This document shows, in pieces, positions 1 to 13,890 of a stretch of 64,000 nt of DNA. The notes beneath the pieces were generated by a model, which saw only the letters and a list, made by a program, of their open reading frames with translations, made no database searches and had not been told where the DNA came from. This DNA comes from Paramecium tetraurelia (Eukaryota). Location of the stretch: the NCBI GenBank assembly GCA_000165425.1, contig CT868441.1, forward strand, positions 1 through 64,000, read 5' to 3'. The first letter of the stretch is position 1; the number at the start of each line of letters is the position of its first letter. Both the position numbers and the translations under genes were made by a program.

Positions 1-2400
1 TTGACAACAATTTAAGAGTGATATATATGTTAATTCTTTGGACTATTTTCATCTCATCCTTGAAAGGTTATAAGAGCCTAATAAAATAGACTATGACGTA
101 CAACCAGTAGAATTATAGAGATGTATCATTCTAATATTTACAACAATTCCAAATTCAGATAAGGAGGTGCCGCATTTGAAATACGATTTAAGTTAAATTA
201 ATTGCAAAGATGAGATGGTTTATAGAATGAGTATACGTGAAATAAGTAGAGTCCGAATAAGTTGAGGAATAGGTTAGCTGTATTTACAGTAGATAGACGG
301 AAGAATTACAATTTCAATAGGAGAGCAAAATCATAAACTCTTTGTTTTTTTATTGTTTTAGGTTGCCGTTTAATTAAATAATTAAATGCCCTTGATCATA
401 AGAAATTAAAGCTCAAATAGAATCTGCATTTTTTCATCAATTATAGCATCTACACTGCCTGCAGCCTAAAAACTCTAAGATTAAGTATCGCATTATGAAC
501 AATTAGTTTGAACAAGGCATCTTGAGCTACAGTTCATCATCCGAAGGAGTTGAGCAAAAATGAAAAGTATTCTTTGCATAGATATTAGCAGATAGTGTAC
601 AAATAAAACCGTTTCAGATACAAAATCATTAAATTGTTAATTGTTTTAATATGCTTTTTGCATCAGTGTTGCAGTATTCAACACATTTTTTACTGAATCG
701 AAATTAAGTTAAACAGAATGCATAATATGCAGGTAGTAAAGTTAAAATCTATTAGTGCATTCAATTTAGAATGAATACAAGTTTATGTATAAAATTTTCC
801 AAGCATACTAAGCGGCGGAATTATCAGAGCTATTAACGCACATGCAAGGTATGCATTATTACAAGAGTCCTTATTTGGTATTTTGATTGTGGATAAAATT
901 TGACTCTTCTCTATCAATCAGTTATATAATTATTAGTTTCCAGAAAATAGAAGCATTAGGAGGTTTCTTGAAAGCGAGTGCCGAAAATGCAGAGAATCAG
1001 TTGGACTAGTAACTTTTAATATGGAATCTGTAGAAATATTCTAATAGGAAAAAGAATATTGATGCTTTGATCCAATACTGGAATTTTGTATCAACACACA
1101 TCCTTTCCTTTATTATTTGCGTGAAAATTTTTGATTACATATTCTTCATAGTTGATAACAAGGCATTGAGAAAGTTGTTCAACGCTGTCTTGTAAAAAGG
1201 ACCACAAGAGATATTGATAAGAATGAAATATTCACTTTTTTCATTTGGAGTTCAGTCTTTAGGCAAAGTGCAGATTATAAATACAGTATTCGAGCATCTG
1301 AGTTGTCGGCTTATCTTCATAAGCATAGGTAAAGCCTATGAAGATAATGGTGATGGGGTAAGCGTCATTTGGCTATTTTATGATCAGTTAGTATATAGTT
1401 CAATCCATAAAAGTTTCTATTGGGACGAAACTTATTTATAACTGAACTCTTTTCTGTACAGATAGTGAGTTCAGTTGTTTCAGAGGAAAGTTACTGTTTT
1501 AATTCTTTATTCTGAAAAATATTCTATCTATGCATTCAACCAAGATTCAAGCCTCAACTTTCAAAGGCTGCAATTTCTTTGGATTCAGTTTCCTTTAGCA
1601 CTAGTTCCTTCTATCTTTATCTTTTATATGAAGTATCATCTTGTGCTGAATAGTCTACAGCTATTCAAGTGGTAAAGTTTTGTCTTGTGATTGTATTTGA
1701 ATCTATTAATTGTTTATTCGCAATTATCCGTAAACTAACAGAAGTTCTTCTATCCATAAATTAGATCCGATCCTCATCTAAGAATTGGGTATTGGTTTTT
1801 CATCAAATCTGAAATGTTTAAGAAACAAATCAAGAGTATTATTTTACTCATGTTTCTTGTCGAGTTGGGAAGAATTTTATAATTAATCTTAAATTCGGAT
1901 GCAATAGACCTTGCAGTAATTTAGTATAATCACATTTTTCTAATTGGGTCTTCCATGGTAAAATCAATTTTAATTAAATTTGAGAAGGAGTGACCACTTT
2001 ACAGACCATAGTGATGTTTTCCTTATCTTTACCATAAGAGATCCAAGACTTAAGAGCAATTATTAATGAAATGCCTCATACTGCATTCCAAGATTGTGGC
2101 TTTTGGTTTCCTTCATCTTCAGCCCCAATTATTTTATTGTTGATAGTGAATCCTCCTCCTTAACTCAGGGGATGAATGCATTTCGAATTGGTTTTCTCAA
2201 GGAAAGCTATTTACAAGACATAAACGGCAATATGTTATCAAACATTTCATATCTTGATCTTTCCCTTTCATGTACATCCCGCTGCATAATCTTATTAAAT
2301 TCAAGTAGAACATCTTTTTTATACTTAAGTCAAAGAGTTTAAGCAAAGTCCATGAAACAGCCTCAACTTGTTGACAGGGAGCTTAATTTGAGGAGATTAA
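1..2400 (-). pseudogene. Decayed Cys-rich (furin-like repeat) surface/secreted protein gene remnant
   Basis: Minus-strand translation gives scattered Cys-rich patches (e.g. QCIPCMCVNS, KKCVEYCNTD, CSSRCLVQTNCSQCDT) broken by TGA stops and frameshifts. No long open frame even in code 6. Boundaries approximate. Confidence 0.35.
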
Positions 2401-4387
2401 GCACCAACAACATTTTTAGTTAAGTTCAGGCAACATTGAGAAAAACCTCAAGTTATGTAAGTAATAAACAATTAGATGCAAATGCATCATCTAATGCGTA
2501 ATAATAATAATCACAGCAACAGATGATTTAGCTAAACAGGGTGCAGCAGAATATCCAAAAACAAATCAAAGATGGAGTTGAGCGTTGAAAACTCTAGATA
2601 TCAATGTAGACTCGCATTATAGAGGAAACATTTAGCACGGTATCAAATAAGTCTATTATGAAAAATTATTGGCCTATTAAACACTTAACCTATATAAAAA
2701 ATTAATACTAAAACAGAAGGCTTCAAATCCTTCATTGAGATTGTTGGAGTAAAATTAATAATATGAATGCTACAATTAAGAGACAACTCTATTTACTATT
2801 ACTGATAAAGAATCTCACAAGAAAAATAGCACTAATATCTCATCCTTAATAGCAAGTTCTAAAAAAGTTGAGTTATAAATAGCAGATTTAATCAATTTGA
2901 AAAAAAAGTATTGAAAAGGAAAACAAATTCAACAATCTAATTATTGATACTCAATAAGTTATGATGATTAATGGTGTAATCTAAATGTTACTTAGTTCAG
3001 TACAATTAATTGATAATTAGTTGCTTATAATTTCACAGAGTTAAAGCTCAAAAAAATATTTAGAGAGAGTAATGAATATATCCTAATCCTTAATTTAATT
3101 AATTGATAATATTACGCTGCAAATTTTTGACAAAGTTAAAGTAAATGGCTAAGTTTTATAAATTTAAGGATGTATGTTGAGGTTATATCTTTAAAAAATT
3201 ACTAAGTCTGTATATAATAAAGAGTTTTAATTGGAAGAAGATTACTTGGATAATTTAATTGCCTTTTAATAGAAACAACAACTAAAAGTAAATTATAATT
3301 ATTATAATCTATCAAATGCTTAAAGATCAATGCTTCAAATTTATTTAAATAGATCAGATTTTGAGATTAATTAAAATTTTTTTGTCAAATCAATTCTGAC
3401 TAATTTTCTTTATGTTAATACATATATTAATCAACCTTAATAAAAAACCTAATATAGAATTGACTTGGCTAAATGTCAATATTGCAAAACATAAAAAGGT
3501 GCTTCTGAAATTTAACAATATAATTATTATTTTATTAATCATGTAGAGGGCAACACATATGAAAATTGTGATTTATAGATGGAACAAATTAATAATCAAA
3601 GTGCACAACTCTATTGTAAATGCAAATCATTTGGAAATTTATTTTTGATAAAAACAAATGATAAATTTATGAATTAATAAAATAATACATTGGTGAATTA
3701 AATGTAAGAGTAATAGGTTAGATACTCTAGAGCCGGTTAAGAAGCCTTTTCAAATAAATATATATCCAGGTCACTTCTTTGTGTTTAAAACATCTTTTTA
3801 AATAAATTTTTTAATTATAAAATAGTATGTGCATTCGATTTTGTAATTTTTTAAAAAAGACGACTAAAACCCTGTGAAAAAAAGCTTTAGAATTTACAGT
3901 TTAGTAATTAAATAAGTATTCTAATATTAACATCCACTTGGGAAGTCTTATTGATTGATATAGTCATTATCAATACAAGCATAAATCTCCTTATTTCACT
4001 AGTGTTCAAACCAATTTCAAAAATAAGTTAAGCAATTTATATGTTTCAAGGCAAAATTTCTATAGCAATGGTTGTATTATATCTTTGTCTGCCTTTTATC
4101 CTTTTTCCTAATGATTTTGGCATTAAACTAAATGTATATTATTTTCTCATAATAGTGAATTAACTAAAACCGAAACTGATATACCAATATCCTTAAATAT
4201 TTTGAGTACTTTATTATTAGTTTTTCTCATTTATGAGCCAATTGCTATTTATATAAGAATTGTTATATACAGACCCTTTCTGGACAGTATCAAACGAAAT
4301 GAATATAACCCAGCCAGCCATTTTGTTTATTTCTTTATAAATCATAGCTAAATAAATAAAATTTACAATTAATTAAATATTCGATGA
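2400..4387 (+). pseudogene. Pseudogene of a REJ/GPS (polycystin-1-like) multi-pass membrane protein, 3' part
   Basis: GPS-like segment ENCDLQMEQINNQSAQLYCKCKSFGNLF (~3561-3645), then hydrophobic helices. The C-terminus IYRPFLDSIKRNEYNPASHFVYFFINHSQINKIYNQLNIR-TGA (stop 4385-4387) resembles my recollection of this expanded Paramecium family. Frameshifts lie between segments; 5' boundary approximate. Confidence 0.55.
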
Positions 4388-4699
4388 AGCTGATTAAATT
4401 TTAATATTAAAAATTGAAAAAAATATAATTGTTAATTTAATTTTTTTTCTTTAGTAAATAAATACTTAGTGATTTGCCTCCTCTCAATAATCAAAGGAAC
4501 TTTCATTTAGTAGTTTATTGATTTATTTTTGATTATTGGTTGATGATTTGACCAAATATGTTTAACATAATTATAAGAATAAAATCTTTTCTTAAGAAAG
4601 TTAATTACTAATTTATATAGGCTAAGATAAGAGCTTCTTTAGTTAAAGGTAAAATTCTATTTTTTTTTTGATAATAATTATTCTATTTTCACAACTAAA

Positions 4700-6120
4700 T
4701 ATTCAATCTTTTGCACCATTAATTATTTTCATTTTATATCATTATTGGCATTTGGGGCATATATTATCTTAGACTCCCTTATTTGATCTCATTCCAAATT
4801 CAATATTGGAGCAATTATGATATTTCAATTATAAATGGCAGCCTTGAGAGTATTGTATATAAAATTCCTATCATCCAGAGTGTTTTTGTTTTATTATTAG
4901 TACTACGAACAAAACAGTTCTAAAGCAAATGGCTCATATTGTCCTGTATGTATCTTGATAAATCCTTTCTCACAAATATGACACACATAAGTGATTTAAA
5001 AATTCATCTATCGAAATATCCATAAGTTTTGTTAGATTAGAAGCGATACAAGAATTTTAGGGAAGTATAATAAATAGTCTTAATAATTTCTAGAGCATTC
5101 TTCAATAAATGATGGAGATCCTAGATCAAGTGTTGAATCTGGATCAAAATCTAAATATTTAGGTCTACTTAAACGTGCTCATGATATCAAATTATAAAGA
5201 GTGTAAATACAATAGGAGAATCAGGATTCTCCACTAACTCTCATTTCATTGTAGATAAACAATAACAATCACATTACTAAATTATATAATAATTTCTCCA
5301 AAAATAAGGGATACCAATTTGAATTTTATGAAATGATTATTGCCTCTTTGTCCAAATTGTTCATTAAAACCAATTGTTTTTACCAGAACATAAAGTCAAA
5401 ATTCATGAATGTTGATCACATTCTTATCTCCACATGATTCAAATGCAATTACAAAATTTCAAATTTATTTTAAATGCAATCAAAACAACTTAATGATAAA
5501 TAATACGTGTACATAAAAAGACAAAATTGCTTATAAAATTGGATCCAGGAGTAACTTAGAATAACTTAATGATAAAATAGCAGATTATAGTAAGGCTAAG
5601 CCTGAAATCGGTTGGAAATTATTGGTATACGTGGATCATTTTTAGATTGATGCCTCTATCATGGCAATACAGGCAATGTTGCCTTGAGCTTGTAAAACAA
5701 TAAATAGTTACAAATGATGAGGATTTTAATTCTTCTCTTAAAAAATATTATAATAATGTGCACTTATGCACAAAAATTACAGCAAAAGTTGGAAATGAAA
5801 ATTGTGATAAAATAACTTCTGAGTCATCTCATACTGAAAAAGCATAAAAAATTTACAATTAATTAAAATTGACATTTGTATAGTGTTACCTCAAATTAAA
5901 CCTCTGTCTATGCAACATTTCCTAGTACACGTGGGTATAATGGTACATATCTTGGAAGAAAATAATTGCATTCAATTGATTGCATATTCTTAATTTGAAT
6001 GAACATATTTACAGCAGAAAAAGGCGCTAAATCTGGCTCAGAATAGTCCTAATTAAATCAATTAAATCGGAGACTAACTATCCATACAAAAAGGTTATTG
6101 CATTAAATGTGATATATTAG
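4700..6120 (+). pseudogene. Decayed Cys-rich extracellular protein gene remnant
   Basis: Coding-like, Cys-containing patches interrupted by TGA and frameshifts; no intact frame. Confidence 0.3.
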
Positions 6121-6166
6121 CAATAAAAAAGTTTTTTAATAGTCAAATGACTGCCTCTACTGTTCT

Positions 6167-6577
6167 AGAAAATTAAAACAGTATTAAAAATGTTGCCTTA
6201 AATCAATCAAAGAAAGCATAAGTCCTAACCATTCTCAAAAATTATTTTTATTTGCTCCTCAAACTTATAAAAAATATGATAGAAATTGAATTTTCTTAGA
6301 GATTGAATTTTCTAACCATAGAATAATTATTTCTCTAATTCATCTATTATAACTTCAAAAATTTTAATAAATATATAAATGTCCAACTTTCTTACTTCAA
6401 AGTCCATTATTCTCTTTTTAGATATTTTATAGAACCGACACAATAATAGTTTGAACTAAAAGAGAATAAACTAATCAATTATTGATAATGAAAATTCAAT
6501 TTTATCCAAAAGAAAGTAAGAAAATTAGAACAGTGTTAAAAATAAAAATATTGCCTTAAATCAATAAAAAGAAAGCA
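6167..6577 (+). repeat. Imperfect dispersed direct repeat (~55 bp; copies at 6167-6218 and 6519-6577)
   Basis: agaaaattaaaacagtattaaaaatgttgccttaaatcaatcaaagaaagca versus agaaaattagaacagtgttaaaaataaaaatattgccttaaatcaataaaaagaaagca. Confidence 0.7.
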
Positions 6578-6999
6578 ATTGCTGCAATTTCTAAAGTTAT
6601 ATCAAATGCTAGCTGAAAGCAAATTACACCCAAAGAGCAATTTTCATAAATAGAATACTAATAAGAAATGCTATTTTGGAAAAATCATTTTGTTTAAGTT
6701 GAATAATATTATTTGACTTAGTGAAATGCAAATATCATTGGATGATCAATATGAATTGTCATTATCTAGATGTGATTCTGAAGGTCGTTAAAAAATAGCC
6801 ATCCTTTTTAAATATGGATGTTCAAATAAACGTTTTAATTTTAACAATATTATTGTGTAACAGTTTAGTTATAATGTGTGTATTAATTCTCTAACTCTAA
6901 TATAACTATCGTTCATTTAGGAATTCAGAGTTAGGTTAGGCATGCTGGTTTCTAAGGTGTTCAAGTTGTAAATTACAAAAATATTACTAGCTGAACAAA

Positions 7000-9900
7000 A
7001 ATATTGAATAATAGACCATTAATTTGAAAAGATTTTTACGCTAAGACATGATGAACATTTATTTATAACACAATAAATTGTTTCATTTAGTAATACAGTC
7101 AGACACCATGCTTGCTTAGTGCTGCTTTTTTCGCTGCTGGATACATTTTGTTTTACTATTGTTACCACATGGCTACTGATCAGAGGACGTAGTTCAATCT
7201 AACCACACCGTTATTGTATAATTAAATGTTAGCGTTCGGATCCATGATATTTATATGCTGTCATAAATACTGTTAATATATAACTCATCAATACAATTGA
7301 CTAAAGTAGGAAATATTACACTTATTATCTATCACAATATGAGAAACTATTGTTGACTTTGGAAATTGAGATTAAAATGCAAATATATCAAGATACTTAA
7401 TTTTGTTTGGTTTGAGTATTTAGATGCATGTTGGAATTTTGCAAATATATACAGAAGTTGGATATTTCTTGCCTCACATTTTGAAAATTTTGTTAGAATA
7501 TTTCAATAAATTGATTATTTTAAAGAAGCTTTTCTGATTACAATTATAACTTGTTATATTATTTATCCAGCCTATATTCTTTGCAGTGCTAGAGATATAT
7601 ATAGAGTCCAATTTAAACTTCCTCTCAAGAATTTATCCTTAACACTAAATAATATGTTACAAGCTTCAGCGGAATATGTAAAATTGCAGGTATCTCAAAC
7701 TACTGGTTGGATTGTCCATTCATATATATTATAAGTGAGGATCAAGGAAGATAAATTTAAATGTTTGGCTTTGACTTCTCTCTAAAAAATATAATAGAAA
7801 ATTGTATTTGCATCTGTGTAATTTTTGATTGACCTACAGCCGACAATTCTATCACTTGATATGAACTTGGTTACTTTCAAGTACTTCTGAATATTTATTA
7901 ACAAAATATATGATTTTGAATTCTTAACACTTTCATATCATTATTTCAAAAATCAGTAAAAGATAAAAATTATTAATTAGGAAAAGGTAATCGAATTAAG
8001 TAATAAATAAATTTTACACTCAAAATTCAAAACACAACTTCACAACATTTAATCATTGCTAATATTAAATAGTTTGCTTTCTTATCTTTGTATTTCTTTA
8101 CCAAAGACAAGATAGTTTCTGAAATAAAATCATTGTATTTAATTTGCAAAGAGTGTTGCACATATTACATTAGGAGAAGTTATCAAAAAATATATCTTGT
8201 TTTAAAGGAAGCTATGAGAATGCAACCTTTTGTTCAGTCTCAATTATTTGTTATGATTTTACTTTACTATCTTAACTAGCCATGGCACTATGCAATTGTT
8301 CACCTGAGATTCTTCTTGCTGAAGGTGCATGTCGATATAGCTTTTGCATTATTAACTGCTTTTACTATGCATAAAACATAGTACAAATATTATGAAGATT
8401 CTAACATTTAAGCTTACGCTTTATTAAAATATACTATCGTTTTCTGTGTAGTAAATGGTAAGTTCCAGAAGGATGCTGTGTTACAAGAATTTTTTTAATG
8501 GAAATTCATTTTCCCAAAGAATCATCCATTTCGTCCTACATCTTCTTCCATAGATAGATGCTTATCTTTTAAAAAATGATCATGACTCTTGGAAACGCTT
8601 GACATCAAGTGATATTTATAAAAATATGCGTCTTGGAAGTAAACCATTGTCAACTTTATGTAGTATTTCCTAGTTATAACAGCTTATCAGAGTATTAGAT
8701 TATTCAGCATACATTAATCATATTCTTAAACTTGTCATTAAAAGGTTAAATACTAATCTTTAAATTTAATGATAGATTCCTTAAATTGGCAAGTAGTCGA
8801 GATTCTTATGATAAATATTATAATAAATAAGTTATCAACTATAAGTTTTTGGATTCAAGTAGAAGTGAAATAATCGTATTTAAGCATCAGTTTATTGCGA
8901 TACTTCTTTCTTAGTTTGTCAGAATATAATACGAAATAATGAGGATTATTTCAATGATGACTAGTTCTATAATAATATAGAGTTATCTAAGCAGATTCAA
9001 ACTTGTAATTCACTTGTCGTAAGGCTTTATTGGTAATCGCTACAAAAGTCTCATATAAAATCTGACAGATTGAAATTATCACAAACTTCCTTCATGTACT
9101 TTACTCCTCAAATAAATTAAAAGTTAAACTAGAGTAATTTTGTATACACTATAACGATAGACTTCTCTTGCTTTTTATAAGGAAAAGTTGCTTACTTCTC
9201 TTAGTAATTAGGTTGTAACAGTCGAACTCATGTTACTCTGATATGTTTTTTTACTATATTGTTATTATAGTAATTCATTAAAGAATATCTCTATTTACCA
9301 ATAAATTTAGGCTCATACTCAGAACTCCTTGCTTAACCTATAAATATTCATCCATTGTATCAGCTATTGCTTGTTGATGTTTCTAATATCTTTCTTAAAA
9401 AATGCCTTAAATTTAATATAAGATTTTAACGAATAGCAAAAGATTAACAAAAAGTCATTTACAACCATGCTTTGCGATTTTGTATTATAAACAAATTGCA
9501 AACTAGCAAACTTGATAAATATTTGAGTTTCGGCTACATGTTATCTGAATTTATGCTTCTAAAAATGCTTTTGCGCCACCTTAAATATTATAAGCAATGT
9601 TTAACGATACAATGTCATTTGCACTAATTGTTTGGTAGAAATCATAAACTATTAACTTCTAGCCAAGCTGTACATTATGAATATCTAACAGTCCCAATTA
9701 ATTATCATATTTTGCACTATCTATAAGATGAAGTCTTCTTTTAATTACTTGATATTTTTTATAGCTAATGTGATCGAATGCTATCTATTCGTATTTAGAT
9801 CAGAATTAGTACTTATGCCATCGATGTTCTTATACTCTCCTAAATTTATTTACAAGAAACATCTCCTCTGATTTAGCCCATGTATTGTAAAACTAGCCAT

Positions 9901-11200
9901 AGTATCTACCTAAGCTAAAACTTTAAGTTGTGCATATTTTCAAATTTTTCCCGCTATGCATGTGTTAACATAGTAAATATTGTTATATGAAATTATTTGA
10001 TCTTTGTTTTCAAATTTTTATTATGTGAAACTTTGTAGCAAAGTGTATGGAATAGTTTTAATGGCTCTTGTAAAGGTGGCTTACTCAATAACTTTAATAC
10101 TTATGACACTATCATTTATACTGGATTGAAAGATTGTGATGCATATATCATTTTTATAGTAGTCGTATTATTTTCTCAAATTAAAATGCTACCTACTTTA
10201 GCTATTTGCAGTACTATTAGATTGTAAGCATTGTTTATGCTATAATATCTGATGCATTAGTAGTTGTTTTACCTGCGTCTTTTAAATGTCTTACTTCGGC
10301 ACGATTTTTTTTTAGGTATCATAATAATTGCAGGTACTTAAAACTTGTAAGCTATTTGCTTCACACCTATATAGTTTTGTTATTCTGGCGATTTTAATTT
10401 TAAGAGGTTGATAAAATTATATAGCTTAGCCCTTGTAATTAATATTACTACGTTATGTAGTGTCCTAAAAATTTATATTCTTTTAAGTCCCCTTTTTTCC
10501 ATGCTTTATTTATGACCTTTTATATATGTTTGCTTTAGATTGTCCTTCGCTGCTTATCGTATTTTTGTGAGATAACCATAAGGCTTGTAAATTATATTAC
10601 ATTTATATATATCACAAACCTGAGTGTGTAATATTGAAGTTATATCCATTGTTATTTCTTTGAAAATATTGGTAGAAGTTTAATGATCCCTCGAGTCTTT
10701 TGTTTGATACAATTTGAAGTTTTCCATCTTCCTAAAATATTACTGTTGTTAGAAAATATTAATCCCTCTTCTTACAACTTTTAGTTCTAATTATTTAGTT
10801 TCATTGATTTCGAATTTCCTTTGCATATGGTAATCGTTTCCTTAAGCAATGGAATTCAAATTACCAAAATCTTTATAGAATGGATATTTGACTGACATTT
10901 CGTTTCTCCACATATGCTCTAATAATTTACAGTAGCAAACCTAACATCCCATTCATTAAATCTGATGCGCATTCGTTAATGCTCCTACTGTCTATCCATT
11001 CTAGGTCGCATGTTATAAGTATACAATCCTAGATACAACAACAAATCTCACTGTATATTGCTTAGATTTTCAACAGCAAAAAATTGGATGATCATCAAAT
11101 ATCTTTTTGGAGTAACATCTTTGCGACATTTTTTTTAGAAGGAGAGCTGAATGTATCTCTACTTGTCCTTTTAGTATAATAATCAATTTCTATGATACAT
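7000..11200 (-). pseudogene. Long decayed Cys-rich repeat (surface-antigen-like) gene(s)
   Basis: Recurrent Cys-containing fragments on the minus strand (e.g. CSRNSNIYQVCQFAICLQYKIAKHGCK) with many TGA stops and frameshifts. Boundaries approximate. Confidence 0.35.
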
Positions 11201-12313
11201 AAATTATAAAAATAGCCAGTTAGAGTTATGATTAATCAATCTGTTTTTGGAAGGTTCAGATAGAACAAGATATTAAATTTGAGAGGATAATTATAAATGA
11301 CATTCTTTATTATAATTAACATACTCCTTCAATCCTCAGAAATTCAATTTTAAGCCTAAGTTGCTTTAATTTGGAATGGAGAATTTTATATTTTAATCTG
11401 TTAAATGAACATAAAGTTTATAGAGAAGAAGTTGCATTTCAGAAATTTTCTTAGAATATCAAAACAATAAAATTAATCTTATTAAACATCACCTTATTTA
11501 AAACTTGCTCTTCTAAATCTATTAAGATTAAGGATAATGTAAAATTAATAATATTGAAATAAAATATAATTACAATTACAATCAATTATGATCTTAAAGA
11601 ACAAAGAAGTAAACCTTTTAGATAATTATGATTGCTTTTTAAAGTAAAAAATTGTTTAATAAAAAAAAAATAGTCACCTGAATAAAGATTCTAGTGTTAA
11701 CTCCAGCAGATCTGGTTCCATAAGTCATAGCTAATACACAGCTGTTTATGAGCGGGGTCTTGACTTTCTTCCTTAATGTTGTACATATGGATGTTTAAAC
11801 TGACCAAGGTTAAGATTTTCTAGAGCAAATTTGGTTTGGATGACGCGAATAGAGATCGATGGGAGGCCATTGTCGAAAAGACAATAGCCAAACTAGATCC
11901 AATGGACTCTAGACTAAGTATGATTCCAGACCATGCTTTCTACCTTTGGAGAAGAAATTAATCTATCTGAGCTTGGTCTTAGATAGCTAGACCGGACACC
12001 TATTTATATACCACATAATATTAATTTTAAGGAATAGAGAAACTCATTAGAACAAGTTTAATATGTGGCAAGGAAAACTAGAGTATTTGGGAAACATTTG
12101 TAGTACACCCTTAAATTTAAAAAGATAAATCTTCTTTTTAAAAAAAACATTCTTAATAGGAAAAAATAAATAATCCATCGTAAGTCTAATTCAAATCAGA
12201 ATTAATCAGGAATATTTTAGAATAAAAATAGATTAATCTTTAAAATATTCCTTATAGAATATAGAAGAAGAACTAGTTTTAGAATTATAGAGAGCAGGGA
12301 GGTTTATATATTC

Positions 12314-13890
12314 ATGAAAATGGAGTGTTCCCTAGTTAGAGCCCTGTATTGTTCACACCTATCTAATTCTCTAACAATAAAAGATGCATCCACTTGATGA
12401 TGGAATGACAATCTTATACTAGTTAATATCTAGAGAAAATTTATTGATTAACTGAAAGAAACCTATGAGATAGGCATGGATTCCTAACTCATGAATCAGG
12501 TAAACTGGAGACAAAAGTTAATATAATCATTTGATCAGGATAGCAAGCATAAGACCGTGTTGAACACCTTGGAGGATATGCTAGTTAATGCTTAAGAACC
12601 TACATAATCTTTAAAATTTAAAAAATTTAGAAAGAAAATAAAACAAGAGTTGTATTTATATAAAATCACGATATGGAAACAGAATTTCCTGCTTAAAAGT
12701 AAAAATAGTAAAGATAACTCGGATTTATCAACTCTCCTGATTTTAAATAAAATTTGCTTTCTGTTTTGCCTATCACTTAGGATCCCTTGGAAGCAAATCA
12801 TAAACTAGTCGAATGATATCCATACGATGGAGATTAACAAATTAAAGGAGGACTTAAGATAGATAGAGTAGAACTCTTAGCTAACAGGGTTAGCTAATCA
12901 GGTTTATAATAAAAGAATTGAAAAAGAAATTTAAGAACTCAAATAGATTATTCTAGCTAAGGAGAATACTATCAAACTGTTAGATAGTAGAAATCAAATT
13001 AGAATTAGAAGCAACATACGTAACTATCTGTTTAGGATAGGCTAATCATTGTTGAAAGATAATACTTCTACTTACTAGATTATTTCTAAAATAAGAAGAT
13101 AAACATCAAACCTTGTAATGTATAATATTGGAGGATTAGGATTTCTAATTCTCAAAATAGTATCTTTTCCCAACCTATAAAATAGTATCAAGAAATATAA
13201 AAGGAAAGGTATAACACTTTCGTTAAGTATAATATGAAAGAATATCTGGCTAGCTTAAACTTGTAAAAAGGTAAAGTTTATTCGGTATTACAGGATATGA
13301 CTAACAAACTGCAACTGTCCTTGAAAATTACAAATAGATTCTACTGGGAATAAACATATAAAAGATTGAATATGTAAAGGTAAAGTCCTGGTGGGCATAT
13401 GTGGAGAAGGAGACCATAATGGCTTAAAACTTTCATTGAATTTGTTATTTGATCTTTTTTAATTCCCTACCATGAAGTAGCAAAAATTCTATATGCTGTT
13501 CAAGCCTCTGAACTGTAAAACTTGCAAAAAATCTATACAGAAGAGTAAAGTTCACTCCTTGCTCATGACCTATATGTAGAGTTTATATATGGGGAAAGTT
13601 TAGATATCATTGCTATGATTAATACCAGAAAACCCAAGTTAGCCTAATACATATATGATTAGTATTCTATTAGTAAGTGTTGTTGTAAATGTGGTTATTA
13701 TTCGAGCGAACCTTCAGTCAATTTGTAAGATGACTTTATACATGCCTTTATGATGGATTATGTGGATTCTTTTAAGAATGAAGAGAGGCTATTCCAATTG
13801 ATATATGATATAACAATTAAAAATTTAATTTAAATTTAAAATTATGATTTTTTTGGTCAGCATTTCCCTAGACTAAAATAATTCAAGTGA
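12314..13890 (+). pseudogene. Hypothetical protein gene, apparently disrupted
   Basis: Long code-6 coding-like stretches (coiled-coil-like EINKLKEDLRQIEQ; C-terminal HDLYVEFIYGESLDIIAMINTRKPKLAQY...CCCKCGYY), but an early in-frame TGA follows the ATG at 12314 and frames change. Confidence 0.35.
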
